The notes below the pieces were generated by a model, which worked only from the letters and a program-made list of their open reading frames with translations, was not told the DNA's origin and did not search any database. DNA of 64,000 nt, from contig JBODTK010000160.1 in NCBI GenBank assembly GCA_050613775.1, forward strand, positions 1 to 64,000, given 5' to 3'. Source of the DNA: Neocallimastix sp. 'constans'. Taxonomy: Eukaryota. Positions 1-13,189 of this stretch are shown one piece after another. The number at the start of each line of letters is the position of its first letter. Position 1 is the first letter of the stretch. The translations under genes and the position numbers were made by a program.

Positions 1-1639
1 TTCCAAGAATATAATTTTATAATAAAGTATAGGCAGGGAAACAAAAACGGAAAACCTGACAGTCTATCTAGGAGACCTGATTATATTAAAAACAACATTG
101 AAGAAAAACCTGAAAATATTTTAGACATTAAAAATGTTAAAGAATTTCCATGTTTTGTTAGCATTGTTAGTGATCTTTTAGACAAGAATTATTGATGCTA
201 CTAAGTCTGACGCTACAGCTGAGGATATTCGACTTTACTTTAGTCCTCAAAATGTAAAAAATAATATGTCCTATAAGCCCTTCAGAAAAATGGAAAAGTT
301 TAAAATAAAAGACAATTTAATATTTTATAATAATCTAGTCTATATTCCTGAAGTTCTCCGACTAGAAATTTTAACTAAGTATCATGAAAAGCCTGCTGCC
401 GGTCATTTAGGAATTAGAAGAACTTTAGAGTTAATAACAAGAAACTTTTGGTGGCCTAAAATAAAAGAAGATGTAACTAAATATGTAAACTCTTGTCAGT
501 CCTGTGCAAGAAACAAAATAAATAGGCACAGAAAATATGGTCTTCTACAACCTTTGGATACTCCTGAAAGACCTTGGAAATCTATTGAAATAGACTTTTT
601 ATGCGGTCTTCCTGATTCTAAAGGATATACAGTAATAATGGTAGTTGTCGATCGTTTTTCTAAAATGATCCACTTAATTCCCTTTAAACAAATACCTGAT
701 GCAAAACAAACTGCTAAGGCCTTTATGAATAATATCTTTAAACTACATGGTTTACCTCAAGATATTTATACAGACAGAGGATCACAATTTACAAGTGCTC
801 TTTGGAATGAATTTATGCACTTATTAAAAATTAAAAATAATATAGCTACCACAGATCATCATGAAACCGTCGGACAAGTTGAAAGGTGTAACTCTTTTAT
901 TGAACAATATCTTAGGGCTTATTCAAGAGCTTATTATCATGATGACTGGATAGATTGGATCTACCTTGCAGAATTTGCATATAATAATTCGGTTAACGAA
1001 TCTACTAAGGAAACTCCTTTCTTTATAAATTATGGGTTCCATCCTTCCATGGACGAATTCTTTTTATTACCTCAAATGGATACTAATTTTAAATATATAA
1101 AAAATGTAAATACTAGTTTTAATCACCATTAAAGACGTCTTGCAACGTTCCAAAGAATTATATAAAAGGGCATGCTGATAAGAAAAGATTAGAACCTCCT
1201 GTTTTTAAAGAAGGTGACTTAGTATGGTTTCAAAGTCCTCCTTCTCTTAATATCGAAGATTATTCTAAATTATCACCTTGTAAGTACGGACCCTATAAAG
1301 TACTTGAAGCTTTAGATAATAATAATTATAAAATAGATTTAAAAAGATCTCCTTTCCCTAAACACCATCCAATATTCCATATATCTGAGCTCGAGCCTTT
1401 CATTCCTACTCCTCCAGAATATAGAAAAAGAAGATCTCATAATGAATCTATTAAAGATATTATAGAAATAGCAGGATTTAGGACCAATATAAGAAAAAAT
1501 GTTATGAATATCGTGTAAGGTATAAATATAAAAATTCATACGATTGGGTTCCTTCAGAAGAAGTTGAAAATAACCCAAGAAATCAAGAGATTATTTATTA
1601 TATTTAAAGAATGGAAGGAAGCTTACTTCGATAGCTTAT

Positions 1640-1640
<1 letters not shown>
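1..1640 (+). pseudogene. 3' part of a chromovirus-type Ty3/Gypsy pol (RNase H end, integrase, chromodomain), frameshifted (element A)
   Basis: ORF 266-1132 has the integrase H-H-C-C region (YHEKPAAGHLG...CQSC) and core (IEIDF, YTDRGSQFTS, GQVERCN). Other frames give DSLSRRPD upstream, and YGPYKV plus a chromodomain-like EYRVRYKY...WVPSEEVEN downstream. Confidence 0.9.
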
Positions 1641-1697
<57 letters not shown>

Positions 1698-3149
1698 TGG
1701 AAAATTTATTTTTTATTATTAATTTTTAACTTTTACTTTATTATTATCTATTTTTTTAGTTAATTTTAATTTTTCAATATTTCTAAAATGAAATTTCAAT
1801 TTCAAAATTTCAAAATTCAAAAATTCAAAAAATATAGCTATATTACACTCTTAACAATCAATTAATAATTCAACATAATCAAAATTTTATAAATTATTAT
1901 AATTTTCATTTTTTTAAAATTTAATGCAACAAATTAAGAAGTTAATTGAAATTAAATTTCAAAATTTCAATTTCAAAAATTCTATATCAAATTCATTCAA
2001 AAATGGTACCATTATATTCACAACCATCAATTTTATTAACTAAATTTTAATTTTACTAAATTTTAGAAATTTCAAAATTTCAATGAAATGGTCACTTGAA
2101 ATGGGGTTTTTTATAAAAATTTAAAAGGACTCAAGTGACCTTCTTCCTTTGAAATTAAAAAATTTTTTAATTTATGAAATTTCAAAATTTTTTTAATAAA
2201 AATTTAGACCTCCATATCGGTTACACAAAAAAATCGTCTTGAATCCGATTTTTATGGGAGGGCGTTGTTGAAATTATAACTGAATTGAAATCTCAATTTC
2301 AGTTATTTACATTTCAATAATTAAAAATATTATTTATTTAATTATAAATAATATATATATTTAAATAATTAATAATTAATATAAATTCTTGTTTAATATT
2401 TAAAGGGTTATCTTAGGCCTAATAATTCTGAGAATATTAATAAATAAGGTTTATATTAATAATTAATTTCAATGATACATTTGACGTCACGTGTATTTTA
2501 TTTATATTATGTTTTTATATATGTTTACAACGAGGGTGGTGCGTTTCGGAATATGGCTTTAAATATTTTTACATAAATTTTCATTTCGGAATGTGGCTTA
2601 TATTATTTTTTATAAATTTTTATTTATGAATATAATATTTAAACATTAAAATAAAATGGCACATATAACTTCTTTGAAAAAATAATTATTAAAAATATTT
2701 AAAATGTGATATATTTCAAAAAAAATGATGATTTACATTCGCCATATTCTGAAAATTTTTATTTATTTATTAATTTATTCATTTAATTATTTAATATTTA
2801 ATAATAATATTTAATAATATTTTTTTTTATACTATTTTCTAATTATAAAGTTTGTTTATTATATGGAAATATAATAATTTACATTAATTTAAAATACTGT
2901 AAAAATTATAATAAAATTCATGTTAATATATATGAATATGCTATATCATTTACTTTATTATATAATTTATTTGTTGCTAAATTCAGTTTTTATATTAATT
3001 TCATATCAATATCTTATTTATTTTATTTTATCATATTATATATTATTATTTCACTGCATATTTATTTATTTTATATTATTTTATTTTGTTTCGATTGATA
3101 CTTGCAATTTAATATAATTCACATATTTATTTTTTTTTATTTTATTTTA

Positions 3150-6100
3150 TTAGTACTTGTATTTTTATTATAATTCAAATAATTTTTTTATTTTATTTTA
3201 TTTTATTTTATTTTATTTTATTTTATTTTATTTTATTCAATCTGTACTTCATATTTATATTTCAACTATTTATTTATTTTATTTTATTTTATTTTATTTT
3301 ATTTTATTTTATTTTATTCAATCTGTACTTCATATTTATATTTCAACTATTTATTTATTTTATTTTATTTTATTTTATTTTATTCAATCTGTACTTCATA
3401 TTTATATTTCAACTATTTATTTATTTTATTTTATTTTATTTTATTTTATTCAATCTGTACTTCATATTTATATTTCAACTATTTATTTATTTTATTTTAT
3501 TTTATTTTATTTTATTCAATCTGTACTTCATATTTATATTTCAACTATTTATTTATTTTATTTTATTTTATTTTATTTTATTCAATCTGTACTTCATATT
3601 TATATTTCAACTATTTATTTATTTTATTTTATTTTATTTTATTTTATTTTATTCAATCTGTACTTCATATTTATATTTCAACTATTTATTTATTTTATTT
3701 TATTTTATTTTATTTTATTCAATCTGTACTTCATATTTATATTTCAACTATTTATTTATTTTATTTTATTTTATTTTATTTTATTTTATTCAATCTGTAC
3801 TTCATATTTATATTTCAACTATTTATTTATTTTATTTTATTTTATTTTATTTTATTCAATCTGTACTTCATATTTATATTTCAACTATTTATTTATTTTA
3901 TTTTATTTTATTTTATTTTATTTTATTTTATTCAATCTGTACTTCATATTTATATTTCAACTATTTATTTATTTTATTTTATTTTATTTTATTCAATCTG
4001 TACTTCATATTTATATTTCAACTATTTATTTATTTTATTTTATTTTATTTTATTTTATTTTATCCAATCTGTACTTCATATTTATATTTCAACTATTTAT
4101 TTATTTTATTTTATTTTATTTTATTTTATTCAATCTGTACTTCATATTTATATTTCAACTATTTATTTATTTTATTTTATTTTATTTTATTTTATTTTAT
4201 CCAATCTGTACTTCATATTTATATTTCAACTATTTATTTATTTTATTTTATTTTATTTTATTTTATTTTATTCAATCTGTACTTCATATTTATATTTCAA
4301 CTATTTATTTATTTTATTTTATTTTATTTTATTTTATTCAATCTGTACTTCATATTTATATTTCAACTATTTATTTTATTTTATTTTATTTTATTTTATT
4401 TTATTTTATTTTATTCAATCTGTACTTCATATTTATATTTCAACTATTTATTTATTTTATTTTATTTTATTTTATTTTATTTTATTTTATTTTATTTTAT
4501 TCAATCTGTATTTCATATTTATATTTCAACTATTTATTTTATTTTATTTTATTTTATTCAATCTGTACTTCATATTTATATTTCAAGTATTTATTTTATT
4601 TTATTTTATTTTATTCAATCTGTACTTCATATTTTTATTTCAACTATTTATTTTATTTTATTTTATTCATTCTGTACTTCATATTTATATTTCAACTATT
4701 TATTTTATTTTATTTTATTTTATTTTGTTTTATTTTATTTTATTTTATTTTATTTTATTTTATTTTATTTTATTTTATTTTATTTTATTTTATTTTATTT
4801 TATTTTATTTTATTTTATTTTATTTTATTTTATTTTATTTTTATTAATACTTGTATTTTTATTATAATTCAAATAATTTTTTTATTTTATTTTATTTTAT
4901 TTTATTTTATTTTATTTTATTTTATTTTATTTTATTTTATTTTATTTTATTTTATTTTATTTTTATTAATACTTGTATTTTTATTATAATTCAAATAATT
5001 TTTTTATTTTATTTTATTTTATTTTATTTTATTTTATTTTATTTTATTTTATTTTATTTTATTTTATTTTATTTTATTTTATTTTATTTTATTCAATCTG
5101 TATTTCATATTTATATTTCAACTATTTATTTTATTTTATTTTATTTTATTCAATCTGTACTTTATATTCATATTCAATATTTATTTTATTTTATTTTATT
5201 TTATTTTATTTTATTCAATCTGAACTTCGTATTTATATTTCAACTATTTATTTTATTTTATTTTATTTTATTTTATTTTATTTTATTTTATTTTATTTTA
5301 TTTTATTTTATTTTATTTTATTTTATTTTATTTTATTTTTATTAATACTTGTATTTTTATTATAATTCAAATAATTTTTTTATTTTATTTTATTTTATTC
5401 AATCTGTACTTCATATTTATATTTCAACTATTTATTTATTTTATTTTATTTTATTTTATTTTATTTTATTTTATTCAATCTGTACTTCATATTTATATTT
5501 CAACTATTTATTTATTTTATTTTATTTTATTTTATTCAATCTGTACTTCATATTTATATTTCAACTATTTATTTATTTTATTTTATTTTATTTTATTTTA
5601 TTTTATCCAATCTGTACTTCATATTTATATTTCAACTATTTATTTATTTTATTTTATTTTATTTTATTTTATTCAATCTGTACTTCATATTTATATTTCA
5701 ACTATTTATTTATTTTATTTTATTTTATTTTATTTTATTTTATCCAATCTGTACTTCATATTTATATTTCAACTATTTATTTATTTTATTTTATTTTATT
5801 TTATTTTATTTTATTCAATCTGTACTTCATATTTATATTTCAACTATTTATTTATTTTATTTTATTTTATTTTATTTTATTCAATCTGTACTTCATATTT
5901 ATATTTCAACTATTTATTTTATTTTATTTTATTTTATTTTATTTTATTTTATTTTATTTTATTCAATCTGTACTTCATATTTATATTTCAACTATTTATT
6001 TATTTTATTTTATTTTATTTTATTTTATTTTATTTTATTTTATTTTATTCAATCTGTATTTCATATTTATATTTCAACTATTTATTTTATTTTATTTTAT

Positions 6101-7190
6101 TTTATTCAATCTGTACTTCATATTTATATTTCAAGTATTTATTTTATTTTATTTTATTTTATTCAATCTGTACTTCATATTTTTATTTCAACTATTTATT
6201 TTATTTTATTTTATTCATTCTGTACTTCATATTTATATTTCAACTATTTATTTTATTTTATTTTATTTTATTTTGTTTTATTTTATTTTATTTTATTTTA
6301 TTTTATTTTATTTTATTTTATTTTATTTTATTTTATTTTATTTTATTTTATTTTATTTTATTTTATTTTATTTTATTTTATTTTATTTTATTTTATTTTA
6401 TTTTATTTTATTTTATTTTATTTTATTTTATTTTATTTTATTTTATTTTATTTTATTTTATTTTATTTTATTTTATTTTATTTTTATTAATACTTGTATT
6501 TTTATTATAATTCAAATAATTTTTTTATTTTATTTTATTTTATTTTATTTTATTTTATTTTATTTTATTTTATTTTATTTTATTTTATTTTATTTTATTT
6601 TATTTTATTTTATTCAATCTGTATTTCATATTTATATTTCAACTATTTATTTTATTTTATTTTATTTTATTCAATCTGTACTTTATATTCATATTCAATA
6701 TTTATTTTATTTTATTTTATTTTATTTTATTTTATTCAATCTGAACTTCGTATTTATATTTCAACTATTTATTTTATTTTATTTTATTTTATTTTATTTT
6801 ATTTTATTTTATTTTATTTTATTTTATTTTATTTTATTTTATTTTATTTTATTTTATTTTATTTTTATTAATACTTGTATTTTTATTATAATTCAAATAA
6901 TTTTTTTATTTTATTTTATTTTATTCAATCTGTATTTCATATTTATATTTCAACTATTTATTTTATTTTATTCAATATGTACTTCATATTTATATTTCAA
7001 CTATTTATTTTATTTTATTCATTCTGTACTTCATATTTATATTTCAACTATTTATTTTATTTTATTTTATTCATTCTGTACTTCATATTTATATTTCAAC
7101 TATTTATTTTATTTTATTCATTCTGTACTTCATATTTATATTTCAACTATTTATTTTATTTTATTTTATTTTATTTTATTTTATATACTT
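3150..7190. repeat. Satellite array: ~38-bp core TTCAATCTGTACTTCATATTTATATTTCAACTATTTAT separated by variable (TTTTA)n, with a higher-order duplication
   Basis: About 50-60 cores counted by eye. A second motif, ACTTGTATTTTTATTATAATTCAAATAAT, recurs near 3155, 4849, 4971, 5347, 6492 and 6873. Variant order in ~4490-5345 repeats in ~6045-6875. Confidence 0.95.
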
Positions 7191-8036
7191 GTACTTCTAT
7201 ATTATTACATTCTATATTTTTTTCATTTTATTTTTAAATATTCTTTTTAAAATTCTTATTTCCTTTTTAATATTTTTTTATCTAATATTTTAAATAAATT
7301 TTATATAATACATAAATCTTTTTTACTCAGGAGCATTATATTTAACTTGATAAGGAAAGATTATTTGAAAATTTAATTATAAATATTAAATTAAAACTTT
7401 TTTTTAGTAATAGTAATAACAATAACATTTTTAAACATAAATTTCTATTAAATAATAAATAAATTATTTTAGATATTTATATTATATAAATCTAATAAAC
7501 TAACAAAAAGAGCATTACTATTTTTACAAATAGTAAAGTTTTTTTAGAAAGCCTGATAGAAATAATTTAAAATATTAATTATTTTCTTTTATAAGTATTA
7601 TAATACTTAAATATCATTATATATATTTAAAATGTATATTTGAATATTTATTAAAAATATGAAATATACATTAAATTTATTTTTAAAAAATATATTAATT
7701 TAATAATTGGTTTATTTTATAAAAACTATTTATTTATTTATTAATTTACTACAATATAAAATAAAAATAATGCGAAATGCAATACATTCATATTTTTAAT
7801 ATTTTATAATACTAATATATAATAATAAAGACATCTTTTAATTTTATTTAATAATATTTAATTAAGTAAAAAATATTTAAAATAAATTTTTAAAAAAAAT
7901 TTTTTTTTAATATTTTTAAGCTAACCCTATCAATAAATATTAAATAAATTTCAATATTGAATTTCTTATTAAATAAAAAAAATTTAATTTTCAATTAATT
8001 GTAATTATGATTTTGAAAGGATTTTAATAATTATTT

Positions 8037-9485
8037 TTATTTTGTTTTATTAAAACTAATGATTTCATTATTCAATCTAATTAAACAATTAAACCAATTT
8101 TCGATGATATCATTTTTACTACATCCAATATTTTTTAATTCGGCTTCCATATTTTTATAATATTCAACTAAAATATTAATGTCATCGACCCTTTCTGATA
8201 TTCTGCTCTTTTTTCTCCAAATTCCTTTAATTCTCATATGGTAATCATAGTAAGATTTGGATTCTTCAAATTGTATTGTATATATTAATTTATAAAATGA
8301 AGGCTTTTTTACAAATAAATTTTTTAAATAACTGTTATAAGATTCTGAAGCATTATTTGTTATGTGGTCTATATTATTGTAATAATTCCAATATTTTATA
8401 TTATAGATATTTAGAAATGTTTTCTCAAAATAATCTAAAAAATTCAAAAATTGGGAACAGGTAGATTTATATCTCATGCATGTATTTTTAATTTTATTAA
8501 AAATATCAGGTATGTATTCAATATTAATAAAACATAAATTAGAAATCGCTTTATAATAAGTATTTAAAATATTATGATCTTTCACTTCCTTGTAACATAA
8601 TTTATTTTTTTTTGTCATTAATAATCTTTTATAATGCCAAAAACAATATTTAATATTTATATTGGGAAAAATATTTTCCACTGCATTAGATATTCCTTTT
8701 TCAAAATCACAATGAAAAATTTTTTCTGAGAAATTAATATTTGCATTATATTTAATTATATTTTTTTTTATTTCATTAAATAATATTTCGTAAGTTATTT
8801 GTTCTTTGTTTTTTAATATTGACATGGAAGTAGTGTAAAAACAATTTAATTCTGTAACATAAGTTCTGGTAATGAATACTTGATAACTATTAGTTGGAGC
8901 TATTAAAAATGTACCATCAGCAAATATATGTTTATTCTCCATAAATAATTTTGCTTGGAATGGTGATTGAAAAATTATTATATTAGAATTTTTGAATATC
9001 ATAAAGTATTCACCTCTTATTGTTTTATAATATTCAGATACATTAGGAACTTCATCTAATGTTTTTACATTAGGAAATAATTGTTTGTTTTTATATCTTG
9101 TTATTTGGGATTTAATTGTTTTATATTCAGGGCATATATATCCTATTTCTTGAGAAATTTTATCAAATATGCGTTTTGATTTTATATCAGAAGGAATCAA
9201 ACTTTTTTTTATTTCATCTTTAATTTTATGTTTTATTAATGATTTGGATGCATTAATTTCATTACCAGGATGATTATGTGAAGAATCATAATTTAAAACC
9301 TCTTTATTATCATTTAAAATAATAAAAAACTTACATTTATTTAATGTTTTATATTCTGTACATCTATATATTTTTGTATTATCTTTTTTTAATTTTGAAA
9401 AATTATATTTAAATTTTCGATCTATAATTATTTGCTCTTTTCCTCGATTTGTTTCACTTATATCAATTTTTAGATTTCCCTCCAT
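8037..9485 (-). CDS. Mutator-family DDE transposase, apparently intact
   Basis: N-terminal YRC...C...HNH zinc-finger-like segment; IFADGTF (D1), HCDFE (D2), CFWH (CxxH) and TNNASESYN (E). First ATG at 9485. Confidence 0.9.
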   Translation of the reverse strand: MEGNLKIDISETNRGKEQIIIDRKFKYNFSKLKKDNTKIYRCTEYKTLNKCKFFIILNDNKEVLNYDSSHNHPGNEINASKSLIKHKIKDEIKKSLIPSDIKSKRIFDKISQEIGYICPEYKTIKSQITRYKNKQLFPNVKTLDEVPNVSEYYKTIRGEYFMIFKNSNIIIFQSPFQAKLFMENKHIFADGTFLIAPTNSYQVFITRTYVTELNCFYTTSMSILKNKEQITYEILFNEIKKNIIKYNANINFSEKIFHCDFEKGISNAVENIFPNINIKYCFWHYKRLLMTKKNKLCYKEVKDHNILNTYYKAISNLCFINIEYIPDIFNKIKNTCMRYKSTCSQFLNFLDYFEKTFLNIYNIKYWNYYNNIDHITNNASESYNSYLKNLFVKKPSFYKLIYTIQFEESKSYYDYHMRIKGIWRKKSRISERVDDINILVEYYKNMEAELKNIGCSKNDIIENWFNCLIRLNNEIISFNKTK

Positions 9486-9564
9486 CAAAATTTTTAATAT
9501 AAATATTAATAAATATGAAATATTTATTTTTTATTTTTTATTTAATATGTATTTTCAATTTTTT

Positions 9565-9920
9565 TAAAAATTACAGTTATAAATATAAATAAATATGAAA
9601 ATATTTTATTTTATTTCAAGAAAATTACTAAAAAAATATTTATCTTTTTTTTTTTTTATTTTATTTTTTCATTATAAAATAAAATATTTATTTAATTATT
9701 ATTTATTTATATAATAAAAAATTACAGTTATAAATATAAATAAATATGAAAATATTTTATTTTATTTCAAGAAAATTACTAAAAAAATATTTATCTTTTC
9801 TTTTTTTTATTTTATTTTTTTATTATAAAATAAAATATTTATTTAATTATTATTTATTTATTTATTTATATAATAAAAAATTACAGTTATAAATATAAAT
9901 AAAAATGAAAATATTTTATT
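9565..9920. repeat. ~150-bp tandem subterminal repeat inside the MULE (2 full copies plus 1 partial)
   Basis: AAAATTACAGTTATAAATATAAA recurs near 9567, 9718 and 9878. Confidence 0.75.
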
Positions 9921-10675
9921 TTATTTTTTTAGTATTTTATTTTTTTAATCTTTTTTATTTTTTTTATTTTTTTATTTTTTTTATTTTTTTATTTTTTTAT
10001 TTTTTTTATTTTTTTATTTTTTTATTTTTTTATTTTTTTATTTTTTTATATTTTTTATTATCAAATATATATTAAATTATATTATTATAAAATAAAATAT
10101 TTATTTAATTATTATTTAATTATTTATTTATATAAAAAAATTTATATATAATACGCCATCTCAAAAAACATGTGGCTTATATCATTCACGTGCGGTTCAA
10201 AACGCGCTCTCCCCATTTACAACATATCTATATTAAATTCAATTATTCAAATTAATTATATAATTAAATTTATCCTTATATTTTATTATTATTTATATTA
10301 TTATATTATTAATATCTTATAATTAAATATTATTATTATGTAACTTACAAAGTATAAAAGAAAGATGTAAAAATCTCTCTTTTATGTTCTTTGTAAGGTT
10401 ATTGTAAAATTACCTTAATAGTAATATATTATAGATATTTTATTATTAAATAAAATAAATAAATTTAAAATCAAATTAATTTGATAATTCTAATTATCAA
10501 AGTTTATTATAGATAAATTTTTATTAAACTAAACATTTAAATATTTATTATTTTATTATATATCTATATAGTATATTACTATATAGACATATCGACTTAG
10601 TGAATATTTTTTAATAGAAACATATTATTTTATTTAAATTTAAATCATAAATTATATCAAAATCTTAACATTATT

Positions 10676-11256
10676 TGTTAAGTTGGTACTTTGATTAAAG
10701 GGTAAACTTGGTTGGAAGCCTTTAATCTAATAACCTTTTGATATTATTTTATTTTATAAATTGATTTATTCAAATATAAAATATTATTTTATTATTAAAC
10801 TTTTAATTAACTATATTTTTATTTAATATGTTTTATTATAAAGTTATCAGATTATTTGTAAATAATAATCTTACAAAGATTTAAAAAAGAATATTTTTTA
10901 GTTCTTTTATATTTTTGAAAACCAATATAAAATATTTAATAATATATTTTAATAATTACTAATTTAAAGATAACAATATAAAATATAATTTTAATATATA
11001 AAGTAATAGAATAATACATATATAATATAAGATAATAAAAATATATAAAATAATATAATTAATAAAAAAACAATTTTTATAAATAATATTCAACTATATT
11101 AATTAATATAAAAAGGGATAATATTAATTAATATGTAATACAATATTAATTTGGTTATGAACGGTACAAGGATTTAAGGAGTACAAATTATATTTATAAT
11201 TAAATTGTTATTTTTGTAGTATTAAATATAAATTAATTTGTATCAAATCCTTGACA
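10676..11256 (-). repeat. 3' LTR of chromovirus element B
   Basis: TGTTAAG...CTTGACA termini; the minus-strand purine tract GGAGAGAG lies just inside at ~11260-11267. Confidence 0.7.
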
Positions 11257-11439
11257 ACGCTCTCTCCAAGAATTCGCATTCCAGGCGAATTCAAGAATAC
11301 TAATATTTTTGATATTAGTTTATTCAAAAGAGTACTCAAGAAGTATTTGAAATTCACTTGAACATAAATGTTCAATTGGCCATGTGAATTTCAAATTAGT
11401 TGGAGAAATAAATTGTGTTGAATATATATTTTTAAAGAA

Positions 11440-11476
<37 letters not shown>

Positions 11477-11478
<2 letters not shown>

Positions 11479-12920
11479 AAAAACTATATGAGATCGAGGC
11501 TGGTTTCCTATTATTATTAATGTATTTAATAAAAATATTTTGGTTTCTTGGATTATCTTCAACTTCAGAAGAAGATACCCGATTAGGAGGAACGATATTT
11601 ATAACGGATTTTATATTCGTATTGTTTCTTCTTATAGTTAGTTCTAAAACCCGCAATTTCAATAATATCCTTAATAGACTCAGGATCTTTATATCGTTTT
11701 CTAAACTTTTCAGGTACTGGTGTGAATGGTTCGAGTTCAGAGACGTGGAAAACGTTATGATGCTTAGGAAAGGGTGAATTTTTAAGTTCAATTTCATAAT
11801 TATTATAATGTAAAACATTGGTTACTTTGTATGGACCATATTTGCATGGAGCTAGTTTTGAGCTTGATTCAATATTTAACGAAGGGGGAGCTTGAATCCA
11901 CACCAAGTCGTTAATGTTGTAAGAAGGAGCGGTAATTCTTTTTCTATCAGCAGAGCGTTTATATAGCTCTTGGGATCGGAGAAGAACTTCTTTAACATGG
12001 TTAAAACTTTCATAAACTTTTTGAACCATTTTATGATTAATGTTACAAGTATGGAGTAGTGTATATTCATCCATGTAAGGATGAAATCCATAGTTGATAA
12101 AAAAAGGGAGTTTCGTTAGTGGATAGATGAATGGAATTGTTATATGCAAATTCAGCAAGTAGAAGAAAATCAACCCAATCATCATGATAGAAAGATCTTG
12201 AGAAGCAGCGAAGGTATTGTTCGATGTAAGAATTGCATCGTTCAACTTGACCTACGGTTTCATGGTGGTCAGTGGTAGCTATTTTCGATTTAATATTTAA
12301 TAAGAATAGAAATTCTTGACAAAGTTCACTCGTAAACTGTGAATCTCTATCCGTAATAATATCATAGGGTAGACCATGGAGCTTATAGATATTATTGATA
12401 AAAGCTTTAGCTGTTTGTACGGAATTTGGAATATCTTTGAAGGGAATAAGGTGTATCATTTTTGAAAATCTATCAACTACAACCATAATCACCGTATTAG
12501 CTTTGGATGGTGGAAGACCACATAAGAAATAAATTTCGATTGATTTCCAAGGTCTTTCTGGAACGTCAAGCGGTTGAAGTAACCCAAATTTACGGTGCCT
12601 AGATTTTTTGTTTCTCATACATGTTTCACACGACTTCACAAAATTCTTAACATCATCTTCCATCTTGGGCCACGAAAAGTTTCTTGAGATTAACTCCAAA
12701 GTTCTTTTGACACCAAGATGACCTGCAGCAGATTTCTCATGATAACGAGTTAAAATATCTAAACGAAGTTGATCTGGTATGTAAATAAGATTGTTGTAGA
12801 ATATTAAATCATTTTCTAATTTAAATTTATTCATTTTGCAGAATGGTTTATAAAGGAAACCTTGAGAGACATTATTTTCAGAAAAATATACACGAAGATC
12901 CTCAGCAACCTTATCATTTT
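11477..12920 (-). pseudogene. Chromovirus integrase and chromodomain fragment (element B), paralog of element A, 5'-truncated and frameshifted
   Basis: ORFs 12067-12834, 11583-12245 and 11477-11818 together give YHEKSAAGHLG, GQVERCNSYIEQYLR, YGPYKV and EYKIRYKY...EVEDNPRNQ. Confidence 0.9.
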
Positions 12921-13189
12921 TTAAGTTTATTTTAATATTATTAGATAAAATCTCTTAACTTGGAAATTATATTATTAATTTTTTTATGAACAATATTATT
13001 AATTAAAAATACAGAATTAGTTATTAGTAATAGTTTTATAATATTTTAAATAAGTTTATAAATTTTATATATTTTATTATAATATTTTTATTCAATTATT
13101 TTCTAAAAGATTCTAAGGAATTCTTTATCATTCTAAAGATTTCCGAAAGAGAATTTTTAATTAGTTTTAATATTTATTTGATCTCTTTC

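Larger units (their letters stand above)
2532..10214 (-). mobile_element. Mutator-like (MULE) DNA transposon, ~7.7 kb
   Basis: 9-bp TSD with one mismatch: GTTTACAAC (2523-2531) and ATTTACAAC (10215-10223). Degenerate G-rich TIRs (GAGGGTGGTGCGTTT and the reverse complement GGGGAGAGCGCGTTT). It interrupts an otherwise contiguous LTR and contains a transposase ORF. Confidence 0.8.
2266..10670 (+). repeat. 3' LTR of element A (~710 bp, TGTTGAA...TTAACA), split by the Mutator insertion
   Basis: Follows the purine tract GGGAGGG (2256-2262). The two halves (2266-2531 and 10224-10670) join up to match the reverse complement of the solo LTR at 43808-44854. Confidence 0.8.

Noticed and set aside
3150..7190. 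CRISPR-like appearance (constant ~38-bp repeat with variable spacers)
   Set aside because: Spacers are only (TTTTA)n of varying length, there are no cas genes, and the context is eukaryotic.
3157..7250. Long FILFY-rich ORFs (610 aa, 633 aa and others)
   Set aside because: Translation artefacts of a stop-free satellite strand; open in several frames and starting at TTG.
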